A stretch of DNA of 64,000 nt, taken from IMG/VR virus record IMGVR_UViG_3300022861_000081, one strand, 5' to 3'. Under the pieces are notes generated by a model. It was not told the DNA's origin, ran no database searches, and saw nothing but the letters and a program-made list of their open reading frames with translations. Numbering within the stretch: position 1 is the stretch's first letter; every line of letters begins with the position of its first letter. The translations under genes and the position numbers were made by a program. The stretch comes from an uncultured virus (IMG/VR IMGVR_UViG_3300022861_000081) (taxonomy: Duplodnaviria; Heunggongvirae; Uroviricota; Caudoviricetes). Below, one piece after another: positions 1 through 10,239 of the stretch.

Positions 1-384
1 TTACCTCGTTAACAAAACAGTGATGGCTACAGCATTGGTTAACGTAACCACTTGCACACGCACAAACTTTGCCCAGAAAGATGGCAATTCGATCCGGCCA
101 ACATAGGAAGCATTCAATCCGCTAGTCAACGTGGCAAGCGTGACATAGTGTGCATTGTCGTCTGTATCAGATGTTTGAACATCTACTTCAAACGCTCCTG
201 GATTAGCACCAAATGCAAATTCCAGCGACATGCCCCACGGATAAAATGCGCCGCGCTCCCGGCGAAGCTGGTAGGCAATGCTGGCCGTACCGTTTGCCAC
301 GGTTTCGTTTTGGAAGAGAAACGCTTGGCGATTCTCGTAAAGAAGTTGCGCTCTTGCTGTTCCTGCATAACCTGGCATTACCAA
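1..384 (-). CDS. Putative virion structural protein
   Basis: 127-aa ORF ending at the window edge (stop at 1-3), co-oriented with and downstream of the head module; beta-rich composition. Function inferred from position. Confidence 0.5.
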   Translation of the reverse strand: MVMPGYAGTARAQLLYENRQAFLFQNETVANGTASIAYQLRRERGAFYPWGMSLEFAFGANPGAFEVDVQTSDTDDNAHYVTLATLTSGLNASYVGRIELPSFWAKFVRVQVVTLTNAVAITVLLTR

Positions 385-449
385 CCTCCTGCAAAACTCA
401 GTACAATAGAAAAGCGGTTGAACACCGCAATCTCATTCGAGGTGAGATC

Positions 450-998
450 ATGGCCAAGTTTCGCGTCGAGCGCGAACCTGTTGTTCAACCGCTCGACGAG
501 TCTATCAAACTTATTCCTCTCACAAGAGGAAAAATTGCCATCGTCGATGCCGACAATTACGACTGGCTGATGAAATGGAACTGGAGCCTCACCGGGAGCA
601 TTGCCAAGGACAACTTTTACGCTTCCCGCATGATTGTTCGGAAGAAAAAATGGATTCCCATCTGGATGCACCGAGTAGTCATAGGCGCGCGTCAGGGCGA
701 AATCGTTGACCATATTAATGGCGACACTCTTGACAACCGCCGTGCCAACCTTCGCAAGTGCACGACATCTCAAAATGCCCAGAATCACAAAATTCTTTCC
801 TCCAATACTTCTGGTGTGTCCGGGGTCACATGGCACAAAAGAGACCACCTCTGGCAAGTTGCGATTCGTGACCGAGGCAAGCGAATATACATCGGCTTTT
901 TCAAGGAAAAAGAACGCGCAATCCAGGAACACGAAGAAGCGATTAAAAAATTCCACAAAGAATTTGCGCGACTTAACCATTCCAACCCCCAATGTTAA
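450..998 (+). CDS. HNH endonuclease with C-terminal AP2-like DNA-binding domain
   Basis: GAGGTG RBS then ATG at 450; motifs MHRVV, VDHINGDTLDNRRANLR and SNTSGVSGVTW..IYIGFF. Confidence 0.85.
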   Translation: MAKFRVEREPVVQPLDESIKLIPLTRGKIAIVDADNYDWLMKWNWSLTGSIAKDNFYASRMIVRKKKWIPIWMHRVVIGARQGEIVDHINGDTLDNRRANLRKCTTSQNAQNHKILSSNTSGVSGVTWHKRDHLWQVAIRDRGKRIYIGFFKEKERAIQEHEEAIKKFHKEFARLNHSNPQC

Positions 999-1986
999 GA
1001 CCGCCTTCCACCGTCGAGTACGGCTCACCAAACGCCGATGGGAATCTCTGCATCTTCGTGAAGTACAAATCGACAAGGTTCTTGTCCATCACGCGAATGA
1101 TTCTCAAGCGATCACTGTATTCTGCTCGTGCGGCCTGCGTAAGGAATTGCCAGTTCGCGCCGGCTCCACGCTCCATCTCGTCGCCCTTTTGCGATTCCTT
1201 CCAGAGATAGAGCATCTCGTAGGCGCGCAACTTCACCAGCTCTTCCGTCAGCGGAAATGGCAGCGTGTCGGAGTTCTTGACCAGTGCAGGCCAATTGACT
1301 TGGCAACCAAAGGTGTACGGTAATTGCGAGATCGGATGCGGCCACAGTTCATAAAGCATCTGACCCAACGTTGCCGATCCTGGTCGGGTGTCTTGGGCAT
1401 AAGGGATAACGTAAAGCGGCTCGTCGAAATCGGTTCGCTCCGCGTCTTCGTTTGCCAAATCGATCTCTGTCTTGCTCCACCAGTCCAGTTGGTTGTTATT
1501 GGTGGTATCGCGAACGTTGTACCAACGTTTGAAACCAGCCGGTGCCGGGTAGTATGCCTGGTAGGCCATGTAGGTTCCATTGGTCTGCGCCGGTTCCATC
1601 CACGGTCGATCAATCGTCAGCACCACTGCCGAAGTGTTCGTTGAATCCAACGAAATGATGGAATAAAGCGAATAGTAAGGAACGCGGATCTGGTACTGCG
1701 TGATCAGCGGAGGATTGGTAATCGTGGCCAGCCACGCGGCCGAGGCAATGGCGTCACCGGTGATCGTATTCGTGAAGGGAGTAACCGTGATCGTTCCGGG
1801 GCTGAGAAACGTGTTAGTTGGTGCGCCAAGCAACGACGGCGTCAACCACCCACCTGTCTGCAATTGGAAACTCCAGACGTTTTCATCCTGAATCGCGGCA
1901 AATGATTCATTGAGTTTTGTCTTGACAAGTCCAAGGTTACATCCCGGGATTCCAAGCAACTCCTGGATCATGTTAACGAAGGCCAT
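973..1986 (-). CDS. Putative virion protein (head completion/adaptor-like)
   Basis: 337-aa ORF with GGAGG RBS, downstream of capsid genes; function inferred from position only. Confidence 0.5.
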   Translation of the reverse strand: MAFVNMIQELLGIPGCNLGLVKTKLNESFAAIQDENVWSFQLQTGGWLTPSLLGAPTNTFLSPGTITVTPFTNTITGDAIASAAWLATITNPPLITQYQIRVPYYSLYSIISLDSTNTSAVVLTIDRPWMEPAQTNGTYMAYQAYYPAPAGFKRWYNVRDTTNNNQLDWWSKTEIDLANEDAERTDFDEPLYVIPYAQDTRPGSATLGQMLYELWPHPISQLPYTFGCQVNWPALVKNSDTLPFPLTEELVKLRAYEMLYLWKESQKGDEMERGAGANWQFLTQAARAEYSDRLRIIRVMDKNLVDLYFTKMQRFPSAFGEPYSTVEGGLNIGGWNG

Positions 1987-2053
1987 AATTCACCTCCGTT
2001 GACATAGAATAAAAACCAGTTAAAGATAGCTTCCAAGTGGATAGGAGCTTCCG

Positions 2054-2569
2054 ATGAAACGCCACCTGAAAAGAAGCGAAATTATTCAACCGGTTGACGA
2101 ATCCATTAAGTTGATTCCTTTGACGAAAGGACAAGTTGTCATCGTCGATGCCGTCAACTACGACTGGCTGAATCAATGGAATTGGTGTGCAATGTTTGTT
2201 CGTCGAAGGAACTGCTACTACGCCATCCGCAGAGAAGAAAATCGCAATATCTTCATGCACAAGATGATTTTGCAAACTGACAAAGATGTCGATCATCGCG
2301 ACAGAAACACGCTTAATAATCGCCGGTACAATTTGCGCGAATCGACGCGATCCTGCAACATTGCCAATCGAGCTAAACAATCCAACAACACCAGCGGATA
2401 CAAGGGTGCATATTACAACAATAAAAGACATTGTTGGTTCTCTTCGATTCAAGTGATGGGCAAGAGTAAATACCTGGGAAGATTTGCAGACAAGGAATCC
2501 GCAGCACGTGCGTACGATAAAGCTGCGCGCAAAAATTTCGGCGAATTTGCTTGCTGCAATTTTGCCTAG
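2054..2569 (+). CDS. HNH endonuclease with AP2-like domain (paralogue of 450-998)
   Basis: VDHRDRNTLNNRRYNLR, NNTSGYKG, YLGRF..AARAYD; shares QPxDESIKLIPLTxG with 450-998. Confidence 0.85.
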   Translation: MKRHLKRSEIIQPVDESIKLIPLTKGQVVIVDAVNYDWLNQWNWCAMFVRRRNCYYAIRREENRNIFMHKMILQTDKDVDHRDRNTLNNRRYNLRESTRSCNIANRAKQSNNTSGYKGAYYNNKRHCWFSSIQVMGKSKYLGRFADKESAARAYDKAARKNFGEFACCNFA

Positions 2570-2581
2570 CATGTTTCACTC

Positions 2582-2869
2582 CTATTTTCTTGAAGTCCGC
2601 TTTGCCGTTCTCTTCGTTCCGCGCTTGGCACGTGTTCTGGCCGGTGCCGCAAAGCTACGAACCGTAATCTCTCTGCGAATGCGGCTTTTGTTGCCACGCG
2701 ACTTGGAACGTTCCGGGCCATACAAAGCGCCAAAGCCTTTTTCGGCCTTTACGTCCTTTGTCTCTGTGTAAGGCCGCTTGGCACCGGCTTCGGACAGTTG
2801 GTGATATGCGCCGCGTTTGAACCGCCGCCTGCCGTGAAGAACCAATTCCGTGCTTTTTGATTCCGCCAT
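2582..2869 (-). CDS. Small Arg/Lys-rich protein
   Basis: 95-aa very basic ORF with GGAGGGG RBS, in the late operon. Confidence 0.55.
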   Translation of the reverse strand: MAESKSTELVLHGRRRFKRGAYHQLSEAGAKRPYTETKDVKAEKGFGALYGPERSKSRGNKSRIRREITVRSFAAPARTRAKRGTKRTAKRTSRK

Positions 2870-2987
2870 TCCCCCTCCTAATCGCCAGACGACAAATCAA
2901 CATCTCAAAAAGTTCTCTTACCAAAACGCCCCCTGCGAGTCGTCCCCGCAAGAGGCGTTTGGTTTGTCTTCGGGAGAGAAGACCCTG

Positions 2988-3329
2988 TTAAAACTGTCCG
3001 ACGAACGCAGAAACCACAAAAGTCTTCGTAGACAAATTCGTGGCGATTGGCGCAGTTGGAGTGGCTGCGGTGTAGTAGAAGCAACTCCATGTCGCGCGCG
3101 GTCCAGTGGCATTCGGAAACGCCACCAGAAACGTTGTTCCATCCGTCGATGAGCCTTGCAGAATCGCGTCGATGTAGTAGCTGGGCAGAGCTAGAGTAAT
3201 CGGATCTCCCACTGTGCTCGACGAAAGCACTGGCCCGACTCCACTGCCAACAAAGATTGCGCGCCGACCTACAAAATCCGGATAGAGCGGACCGCCGCCA
3301 CCGCCTTTACCCATTGCTGTGAGAACCAT
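2988..3329 (-). CDS. Putative virion protein
   Basis: AAGGAG RBS before ATG at 3329; Gly/Thr/Ala-rich; lies in the head module. Confidence 0.55.
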   Translation of the reverse strand: MVLTAMGKGGGGGPLYPDFVGRRAIFVGSGVGPVLSSSTVGDPITLALPSYYIDAILQGSSTDGTTFLVAFPNATGPRATWSCFYYTAATPTAPIATNLSTKTFVVSAFVGQF

Positions 3330-3400
3330 GGTTGCTCCTTGCTGCAATTACTTGATGGCAATGTGCAGGGACGAGCATCGCTGCCCGTCCCCAACCGTAA

Positions 3401-4246
3401 TTAGTCCTGAACCACCGGCACGTACTGCATCTCGATCTTGAACAAGATGCTGTTGGCTGGCGCATCCAAAGCCTGCCCAATGGTGTAGCCAATCGGGCTT
3501 CCAGCTGCCGCCCGTGTAACTACGAGTCCGTTATTTGCCGGCGTCGCATCGACCAAAGCAGCAGTGGTTGTAGTTCCTACGCCAGACGTTGCCAGAACTG
3601 TCGCTGTGCCAAGTTCCTGAATAAATCCGTAGTTTCCAGGAGTGATTGAATTCAGGAAAACCACTGGACGAACTGGAACAGCCGTACCAGCAGCAACCTG
3701 ATCCGCACTCGTCACCAGATTCGGCGTGGTACTCAACTGTGCCGCCACCGTTCCAACCGTGCCACCAGTGACAAGCGTGAAAGTCGGCACCGAAACATAG
3801 CCGTAGCCGCCCTGCAGCACCGTCACCGAAGTCACCGTCCCAGCAGAGCCGACAACTACCTGAATCAAGGCACCGCTTCCCCCGCCGCTACCCGCCGTGG
3901 CTGCGACGTTATAGGTCCCAGCCGTCTGGCCAGAACCTGCGGTGAGAATCACGACCGACTGCACAGTGGTACCAGCGCGCAGATAGCCGACAGTGCCGGT
4001 CTTGACGTTGGCCGCAGTTGCGCCCGAGTCAACCTGCACAAAGCGGTAACGACCAGCGAACAGAGTGCCATTGGTCGTATACGATCCCTGGAACGCTTCT
4101 TGATTAGTGGCATCGAAGAAGTCGCCAAGATTCAGGCCGCCTGCCGCGAACGGCTGGCCGGTACGGACGTCAGTAAGCGCGGTCGGCGAGGTAAAGTTTC
4201 CGTTATTCCACGCTAACCAAGTAGGTACAATTGGCTGAAATGGCAT
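3401..4246 (-). CDS. Putative capsid decoration/cement-like virion protein
   Basis: 281-aa Thr/Gly/Ala/Val-rich ORF directly after the major capsid gene, with GAGGA RBS. Confidence 0.55.
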   Translation of the reverse strand: MPFQPIVPTWLAWNNGNFTSPTALTDVRTGQPFAAGGLNLGDFFDATNQEAFQGSYTTNGTLFAGRYRFVQVDSGATAANVKTGTVGYLRAGTTVQSVVILTAGSGQTAGTYNVAATAGSGGGSGALIQVVVGSAGTVTSVTVLQGGYGYVSVPTFTLVTGGTVGTVAAQLSTTPNLVTSADQVAAGTAVPVRPVVFLNSITPGNYGFIQELGTATVLATSGVGTTTTAALVDATPANNGLVVTRAAAGSPIGYTIGQALDAPANSILFKIEMQYVPVVQD

Positions 4247-4255
4247 TCCATCCTC

Positions 4256-5488
4256 CTATGCCGTAAATCCAAACGCGTAATTGGAATGACGCGGCTGCAC
4301 GTTGTACAGATTGATACCCAACCGCATAAACAAAGCGTCGATGCTCACGTTGTTCGGCATCGGGGCGCGACGAAGGCCAAAGTTCCAGCCCTTTTTGTTG
4401 GTCGGCCGAATCTTGAAGCTCTCCGGCTCCAAGAAGTACAAAACTTCCGAAGGCTGAATCGTGGTGAGCGAAGGCAGACCGGAACCAGTCGGCGAGACAG
4501 TAACGGCCGCGCCGTTTTTGGTGAACTGCGGAGTCGTAAACGTTACGGTTGTCGTGCTCGATCCAACGCCATCAGCAAGGTTCGTATTGCCAGCCGCACC
4601 GTTTGCCGGAGCCAACTCAATGAAGTTCTGAGCCTGCGCCGAAGGAGCCAGCGGGTCAGCGTAAATGTCCACGCCGTTGAAGTTCAAACCATCCCACTTG
4701 ATGTCGTGGCGAGTGTTCGAAATATCGCGGCGCTGCGCATCGAGCGCAACGGCAATGGCCTTGAATCCGAAAACGTTGGTGATACCCAGCGTCGGATTGC
4801 CGCCCGTCACCTTGCACTGCGACCACAACTGCATCAAGGCAGCAAAATCAATCTGCCCCGTGCCACCTGTCGAGGTGCCCAGGTAAAGCGGCGTCGAGTT
4901 CAGCGCGGTTCCGATGTTTCCGTTGCGCGCCTGTCCACCGTAGTTCGCGTAGATGTTGCCATACACGGACGGATCGATGCCGTTATTCAGAGCTTCATCC
5001 AGACCGTTGATGGTCTTGATGCGATTGTCCTGAATCGTCGCGGCAGAGGCTTGGCCGTGGCGGAACGAATCCATCTCCTGCATGGTGTTCATGGTCATCA
5101 CCATGGCTTCCATGTAGAGCTGGTATTCGTCGACAATCTTCGACGGACCGGAGTTAATCACACCACCGGTGCCGGAACCGTCATCCATCTCCCAGTCGTC
5201 CAGCGGATACCAAGTGGCATACGCCTTCGGCAGGAATTTGATGCCGGTGTTGATCTGCTGGCGAGTCACGGTAACAGTCTGGCCGGGATTCACCGCAGCG
5301 CCCTGAGTGCGCCCGTAGAGAATGCCTTCCATCATGCCCGCGCCGCCCAGGAATTCATCCCACACACCGGCTCGGCGGAGCTTCGCCTGGAAAGGAGTGT
5401 CCACGAACAAGTTGTTGAATACTACATTCTTGCGGACACTTTCCAAGTTAGATGCGTCAATTTCGTTATACAATGGGTCCGTAGGCAT
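4256..5488 (-). CDS. Major capsid protein
   Basis: 410 aa; canonical order terminase-portal-scaffold-capsid; capsid-like segments (INGLDEAL, FNGVDIYAD, LYFLE). Confidence 0.75.
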   Translation of the reverse strand: MPTDPLYNEIDASNLESVRKNVVFNNLFVDTPFQAKLRRAGVWDEFLGGAGMMEGILYGRTQGAAVNPGQTVTVTRQQINTGIKFLPKAYATWYPLDDWEMDDGSGTGGVINSGPSKIVDEYQLYMEAMVMTMNTMQEMDSFRHGQASAATIQDNRIKTINGLDEALNNGIDPSVYGNIYANYGGQARNGNIGTALNSTPLYLGTSTGGTGQIDFAALMQLWSQCKVTGGNPTLGITNVFGFKAIAVALDAQRRDISNTRHDIKWDGLNFNGVDIYADPLAPSAQAQNFIELAPANGAAGNTNLADGVGSSTTTVTFTTPQFTKNGAAVTVSPTGSGLPSLTTIQPSEVLYFLEPESFKIRPTNKKGWNFGLRRAPMPNNVSIDALFMRLGINLYNVQPRHSNYAFGFTA

Positions 5489-5553
5489 ATCTGGTTTCCT
5501 TTCAGCGACTTACGCTGCATTCTCCGTTTCGAGAACTTTCGATTGCTCAAACA

Positions 5554-5620
5554 AAAATGGCCCAAGCCATTTCTGGGCTTGAGCCATTGCTGATTCCCTC
5601 GAAAGGGGGGCATGCGTCTC
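5554..5620 (-). promoter_or_regulatory. Conserved two-hairpin leader element, copy A (upstream of capsid gene)
   Basis: Minus strand GAGACGCATGCCCCCC..GGGAATCAGCAATGGCTCAAGCC..GGCTTGGGCCATTTTT; one of four copies in the window. Confidence 0.7.
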
Positions 5621-5651
5621 GACTGATCTTCACGTCTTCAAACTGCAAAAA

Positions 5652-6677
5652 TTACGCTGCGGTAGACTCAGAAACTTCCTGCCGAATCGCCTGCGATGTT
5701 GCCTGCCGGCGCTGCGATTCATTCAAGTTCAACGGATCAGGACGCTCGTTGGCCTTCACAGCACGTGCCACATCAGCAAAGCGAGAAGGCTGCGCAATCC
5801 GCACATCCGGATTCGATCCAATCTTTTCGGCCCACTTGCGATCTGTTTCTTCAATCGCCTTCTGCCGCGCTTCTTCCGCTTCCTTCAGCTTTGCTTCAAA
5901 AGGTGCCGAAGCTTCCAGCCGAACCTTTGCGTCGTGCTCTTCCTGCGACTTGCGCTGAATCTCAGCCTGCTTGCCGGCAAAGTCGTACTTCCGTGCCACG
6001 TAATCGCGGAACGGCAACCGGGAGTTGCTGGCTTCTTCTGAGAGTTTGTCGAAGGAATCGGGAAGGAACTGTCCACCGCTCAATCGCTGGTATTCCTGCA
6101 TGGCCCAGCCGACATTGCTAATTCCGGCACCCAGGCGCTGATCGATGGCTTCCATCGTGAACGTTGGGCTACCAGGCGTTCCACCCTGCGCACCGGCCAC
6201 ATAGCGGCCTTGTGCATCGCGCTGCTGGTTTGCTGCCTGTGCTTCCTGCGGCTTGTAATTCGGCGCTTCTGTCGGAACAAATCCGGCGGAGCGTGCGGCT
6301 TCATTCTGCGCACGATAGAAAGCGGCTTGCGCTTCCAAATTCGCCTTTTCGGTTCCCCAATTGTTCAATGCCGGCGCAATCTCTTTGTCGTAAAATTCTG
6401 CGTTGGAACGCTGAGCAACTTCGGCCGCTTCTTTTGCTTCTGCCGCAGCCTTTCGTTCCTGTTCAGCTTTTTCGATAGCCTGCTGTGCTGCCTGGCGCTC
6501 TTGCTCTGCCTTTGCGGCAGATTCTTGGGCCTTGGTGGCAGATTCCTGAGCAGTCTTCCGTTCCTGTTCCGCAGTAGTCAGGACTCCGGTGAATGCAGTA
6601 ATCGCCTTTGCATCGAGTGCAGCGATCTGCTCGTCGTTCAATCCGGATTGCTTCAAAATTTCGTTTACTGTCGGCAT
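5652..6677 (-). CDS. Capsid scaffolding protein
   Basis: 341-aa Ala/Glu/Gln coiled-coil-like ORF immediately upstream of the capsid gene. Confidence 0.65.
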   Translation of the reverse strand: MPTVNEILKQSGLNDEQIAALDAKAITAFTGVLTTAEQERKTAQESATKAQESAAKAEQERQAAQQAIEKAEQERKAAAEAKEAAEVAQRSNAEFYDKEIAPALNNWGTEKANLEAQAAFYRAQNEAARSAGFVPTEAPNYKPQEAQAANQQRDAQGRYVAGAQGGTPGSPTFTMEAIDQRLGAGISNVGWAMQEYQRLSGGQFLPDSFDKLSEEASNSRLPFRDYVARKYDFAGKQAEIQRKSQEEHDAKVRLEASAPFEAKLKEAEEARQKAIEETDRKWAEKIGSNPDVRIAQPSRFADVARAVKANERPDPLNLNESQRRQATSQAIRQEVSESTAA

Positions 6678-6698
6678 GTCACTTGTTCTCCCGAAGCG

Positions 6699-7016
6699 TT
6701 AGTATTGCGGTTGCTGACCCATCGGTGTTGGCTGTGGCGGACTTACCAAAGCCGTTTGCATCTCTTGAATTCCCTGCGATACCTTTTCCGCACCAGAGGC
6801 AAGACGCGGATCGGAGGCAGCCATTTGCTTGGCTGTCTGATACCAACGTGCGAGCAACATCTGCATTGGATTGGCAGGAGCTTGCGAAGGAGCACCTTGC
6901 TGCGGGGCATTTTGGTCAGGTGCGCCTTGCGGCTGAGCGCCAGCTCCTTGATCGGGAGGCGGTGTACCTGCACCTTGTCCTTGGTCCTGCGGCATTGGTT
7001 GTGCACTTGTAGCCAT
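6699..7016 (-). CDS. Hypothetical Gln/Pro-rich protein
   Basis: 105-aa ORF with AGGAG RBS between portal and scaffold. Confidence 0.6.
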   Translation of the reverse strand: MATSAQPMPQDQGQGAGTPPPDQGAGAQPQGAPDQNAPQQGAPSQAPANPMQMLLARWYQTAKQMAASDPRLASGAEKVSQGIQEMQTALVSPPQPTPMGQQPQY

Positions 7017-7079
7017 TACTGGAATCTCCTTGAGCGAGATTCCCCAACGGCAGCATAGCTACCGTTGGGGAAAAGGTAA

Positions 7080-7187
7080 CTACGCCTTGATGGCGCTGCG
7101 CTTGCCGCGGCCCTTGCGACCACGACTCTTGCGGCCCTTCTTCAGATGGCTTGCCTTCATTGCACTAGCCTTGCGACGTTTTGCCAT
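7080..7187 (-). CDS. 35-aa protamine-like basic peptide
   Basis: AAGGAGG RBS; MAKRRKASAMKASHLKKGRKSRGRKGRGKRSAIKA. Confidence 0.65.
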   Translation of the reverse strand: MAKRRKASAMKASHLKKGRKSRGRKGRGKRSAIKA

Positions 7188-7214
7188 GATGTTTTCCTCC
7201 TTGGTGTGAAATAG

Positions 7215-7282
7215 AAATGGCCCAAGGCCATTTCTGGTCTTGAGCCATTGCTGATTCCCCAAGGAGGGGGGGCATGCCGCTC
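7215..7282 (-). promoter_or_regulatory. Conserved two-hairpin leader element, copy B
   Basis: Near-identical to 5554-5620; preceded on the minus strand by TTGACG..AATTCGGCTTATAG promoter-like sequence. Confidence 0.7.
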
Positions 7283-7336
7283 AAAAGATTCTGTTAGAGC
7301 TATAAGCCGAATTCTTTTTCGCGTCAAGTGTTATTT

Positions 7337-7576
7337 TTACAAAATCGTTTCGTCTACATCCAGAATCTTACGAATCTCTTCCGCTTGTGCATCAGAAATC
7401 TTAGTGCGCTGTTCGAGATTTACTCCCTGCACAGAACCCTGGTTATACTGAACAACCATCTTTCCGGTTGTTCTTGTAGCTTGGAGTAACTCGTCGGTCT
7501 GCTGAATATCGGCAGGTAATTCGACGCTTACTTCGGTCAAATAGTAGTCTTTTTGAACCTTGATTTGGACTGCCAT
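7337..7576 (-). CDS. Hypothetical protein
   Basis: 79 aa, AAGGAG RBS directly after the portal stop. Confidence 0.6.
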   Translation of the reverse strand: MAVQIKVQKDYYLTEVSVELPADIQQTDELLQATRTTGKMVVQYNQGSVQGVNLEQRTKISDAQAEEIRKILDVDETIL

Positions 7577-7585
7577 GTCTTCTCC

Positions 7586-9670
7586 TTAGCTTTCGCTTAC
7601 TACCGTGCGCGGTTCTCCACCTTGCGCGCCTTTTTGCTTGATCTTGGGCGGCTTTCCTCCGCTCGATGGCCGACCGCCACCAGCGCCCTTGCCACCGCCG
7701 CCGCCCTTACCACCGCCCTTACCACCGCCACCTTCTTCTGGTGGCTGAATTCCGAGCTGCTTCATAAACTGCTGTGCCGCAGCAGCCGCAAGAATCTTCA
7801 GCTTTTGCGATTCCAGCTCTTCGTTGAACCATTTTTCATGTTCGGTATTTCCCTGCACCTCGCCATAGTTGGGGATATCGAGGTTCTTCATCACCGTCGA
7901 CCAAGAAATCGGCGCACCACCACGCTTCAGTTGCAGCATCATCAATTGACGTTGCATCTGCGTCACCTTCAACAGCGTGCTCGGCACCGATACCAACCGA
8001 ATCTGCTTGGCAAACCAACGCGCACGCGTCAGCTGGTTGTAATGCGATGGATCTTCGGGAAAATTACCGCTGATCATCTCGTCGGGCATGTGGCTCGGAA
8101 CCAGATCGTCTGGATTAAAGTCAAAAACCTCTCGTGCAATGCTGTCTGGTCCCACATACTCCATGATTCGTCCGACGTTGAACCATTGCAGGATCAGGAA
8201 TTTCATGCGGTAACCAACCGCCTTATTGCCTTTTTCAATGCGTGCGGCAATGCCCTTTGCAATTGGGCCAATGGACTCCAGCATCTTGTCGGCCGTGTCA
8301 TTGGCAATGTTCATCTTCATGTTCTGAAGATTGCCAAGATCCGTCAGGCCCAACTGCGACTGCTTGCACTCCTTCAAATACTTCAAAAACGTGAAATGCT
8401 CCGAGCTAACACGAACTTCTTCAGGAAGAATCGACTGAAGGATGTCTCTCGGCTTGCCGTCTACGCCGTAGCGCACGTCTTGCTCAAAGATGTCAAAATG
8501 CTCAATCTTTGCGCCGCCTGTGGCGGTGTGGTCATAACCGATCGGCGGATTCAACGTAATCGTGATTACGTCGTCTATCTTGCGCTCGATCTTGCGCGTC
8601 GTTGTTTCAATCGATGCCACATCACCTACTAAAGAACGTCCCAGAGGCTCCCAAGCCCAATCATCCACGGTGTACTGAATCACTGGAATCTTTCCATCCC
8701 AGTCAAAGCTTGGTCCGTCGTACATGGGCCGATCGAGTCCAGTGGAAGTAATGATGAGTCGCAGGTTCGGATACACGCGGCAATCTTCTACCGTCGCCGG
8801 TCGCATGTACGCCAAGCCGTTGCGCATGCCGCCAAAAATCATTTGGCCAACATAGGGAACTTTGTAGAACCAACTGGTGCCAACATCTCCCATTGGCAAT
8901 TCATAACCGGTATTGTTGATTCGGAGGTCGCGAATAAACGTGTAGCGAATTTCGCAATAAAGATTGCCAAAACTCCGGTTTGGGCCACCATAGCGGAAGC
9001 GCTCGGCGTAATCCATCCGTCGCGCTTGAACCTGCGTTTTGTAACTACGCGGTCCAACTGTCTGCAATTGTCCCTGGAAAAGCGGGAAACGACCGTGAGC
9101 TTCTGCGATCGGCATGTAGTCGTAGACCGTGACGGCGTAAGCATCCTGCACGTCGTTGCTTCGAGGAATCTGAACAGGAACTACATCCAGCAGGCCCAAC
9201 GCATCGAACACCATCTTGCGTTCGCCATAGCCATATTCGTCCGCGCGCACCTTTGGCCACAGATAACCGATACCGGTAACGCTGGCATACTGCAAAACTT
9301 TCAAAATCTGGAAAGGAAAATCGGATTCCAGGTAGACGCACTTTGATACCTTGGTCAGCATCTCTGCCATTTGCTTATATGCAGGGATATCCGACCCATA
9401 TCCGGCAATTTCGCGCACTTCGGAAAGAGTTTCGCAGAACTTGCGGATGTCGTATTTCAGTTCATTGGTGACAAGAATTGACCGCGACTTATCTCTGAAG
9501 ATGGCATCGAAAATGCGCATATTCGTGCCCAGGTTCTTGTAGCATGTCTGCCCTTCAAGAAACCCTTCACCTTCTTCGATTTGTTCCTCGACCCATCCAG
9601 CACGCGAACTCGGCGAGGATTCAAACTTTGGGCATTGCCAGCAGGTAGTTTCTAGCTCCATTGCGGTCAA
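7586..9670 (-). CDS. Portal protein
   Basis: 694-aa ORF downstream of the terminase; size and position typical of podovirus-type portals; Gly/Lys-rich C-terminal tail. Confidence 0.7.
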   Translation of the reverse strand: MTAMELETTCWQCPKFESSPSSRAGWVEEQIEEGEGFLEGQTCYKNLGTNMRIFDAIFRDKSRSILVTNELKYDIRKFCETLSEVREIAGYGSDIPAYKQMAEMLTKVSKCVYLESDFPFQILKVLQYASVTGIGYLWPKVRADEYGYGERKMVFDALGLLDVVPVQIPRSNDVQDAYAVTVYDYMPIAEAHGRFPLFQGQLQTVGPRSYKTQVQARRMDYAERFRYGGPNRSFGNLYCEIRYTFIRDLRINNTGYELPMGDVGTSWFYKVPYVGQMIFGGMRNGLAYMRPATVEDCRVYPNLRLIITSTGLDRPMYDGPSFDWDGKIPVIQYTVDDWAWEPLGRSLVGDVASIETTTRKIERKIDDVITITLNPPIGYDHTATGGAKIEHFDIFEQDVRYGVDGKPRDILQSILPEEVRVSSEHFTFLKYLKECKQSQLGLTDLGNLQNMKMNIANDTADKMLESIGPIAKGIAARIEKGNKAVGYRMKFLILQWFNVGRIMEYVGPDSIAREVFDFNPDDLVPSHMPDEMISGNFPEDPSHYNQLTRARWFAKQIRLVSVPSTLLKVTQMQRQLMMLQLKRGGAPISWSTVMKNLDIPNYGEVQGNTEHEKWFNEELESQKLKILAAAAAQQFMKQLGIQPPEEGGGGKGGGKGGGGGKGAGGGRPSSGGKPPKIKQKGAQGGEPRTVVSES

Positions 9671-10239
9671 CCCTCGATTTCATTCAGTACGGCAAAATTT
9701 CCAAACAATTTCACCGCTGCCAGGTTGTACAACACAGCAGCTTCCTCGGGACTGCTACAGATTCCGAGATGATTGTTCTTCCCGTTGTGCTCAATCTGTG
9801 CTGCGAATTTCTTTCCTTTTTTTACTACGCCCCTATATCCCGTACTGCTTTTGTACTTGCGATTAGCTGCGTTTTGACTTGACGTTGCTACGCGCATTTC
9901 GGAACAGCGACAATCCAGTCCGTTCCCGTGGATGTGATCAACCTGAACGCCTTTGCTGACCCCCATAATTACGCGGTGCAACGAAACGTGTTTTCCATAC
10001 TCCTCGCGCAATTCTTCCGTCGAAAGTGCTTCTGCATAAAACTTTTTCTTGCTTGGATGTAAATGCCAAAGAAATTGTGCCGCCAATTCCTTTTTGTCTG
10101 CATCGATAAGCGCTTCATGCCCATCGCCAAAAGGAATATGAACGACACCGTCGTCGTCAGTTATCCATGTCGCAGCAAACTCGGCCCGCTTTTTGCGGAA
10201 GTATTCTTTGCGTCCGCGAATTGTTTCCGGTTGAATCAA
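9667..10239 (-). CDS. HNH endonuclease with AP2-like domain
   Basis: LHRVIMG, VDHIHGNGLDCR, TGYRGV, HLG..PEEAAVLYN; start uncertain. Confidence 0.8.
   Translation of the reverse strand: MIQPETIRGRKEYFRKKRAEFAATWITDDDGVVHIPFGDGHEALIDADKKELAAQFLWHLHPSKKKFYAEALSTEELREEYGKHVSLHRVIMGVSKGVQVDHIHGNGLDCRCSEMRVATSSQNAANRKYKSSTGYRGVVKKGKKFAAQIEHNGKNNHLGICSSPEEAAVLYNLAAVKLFGNFAVLNEIEG

Noticed and set aside
4286..5593. 435-aa plus-strand ORF and similar long antisense ORFs (7553-8632, 11108-11857, 49178-50215, 58647-59519)
   Set aside because: These are shadows of well-supported minus-strand genes, with no motifs or RBS.
5422..5613. Leader peptide encoded by the four-copy element (GNQQWLK..NGLG)
   Set aside because: The ATG-to-motif frame differs among copies, so the similarity is explained by nucleotide conservation.
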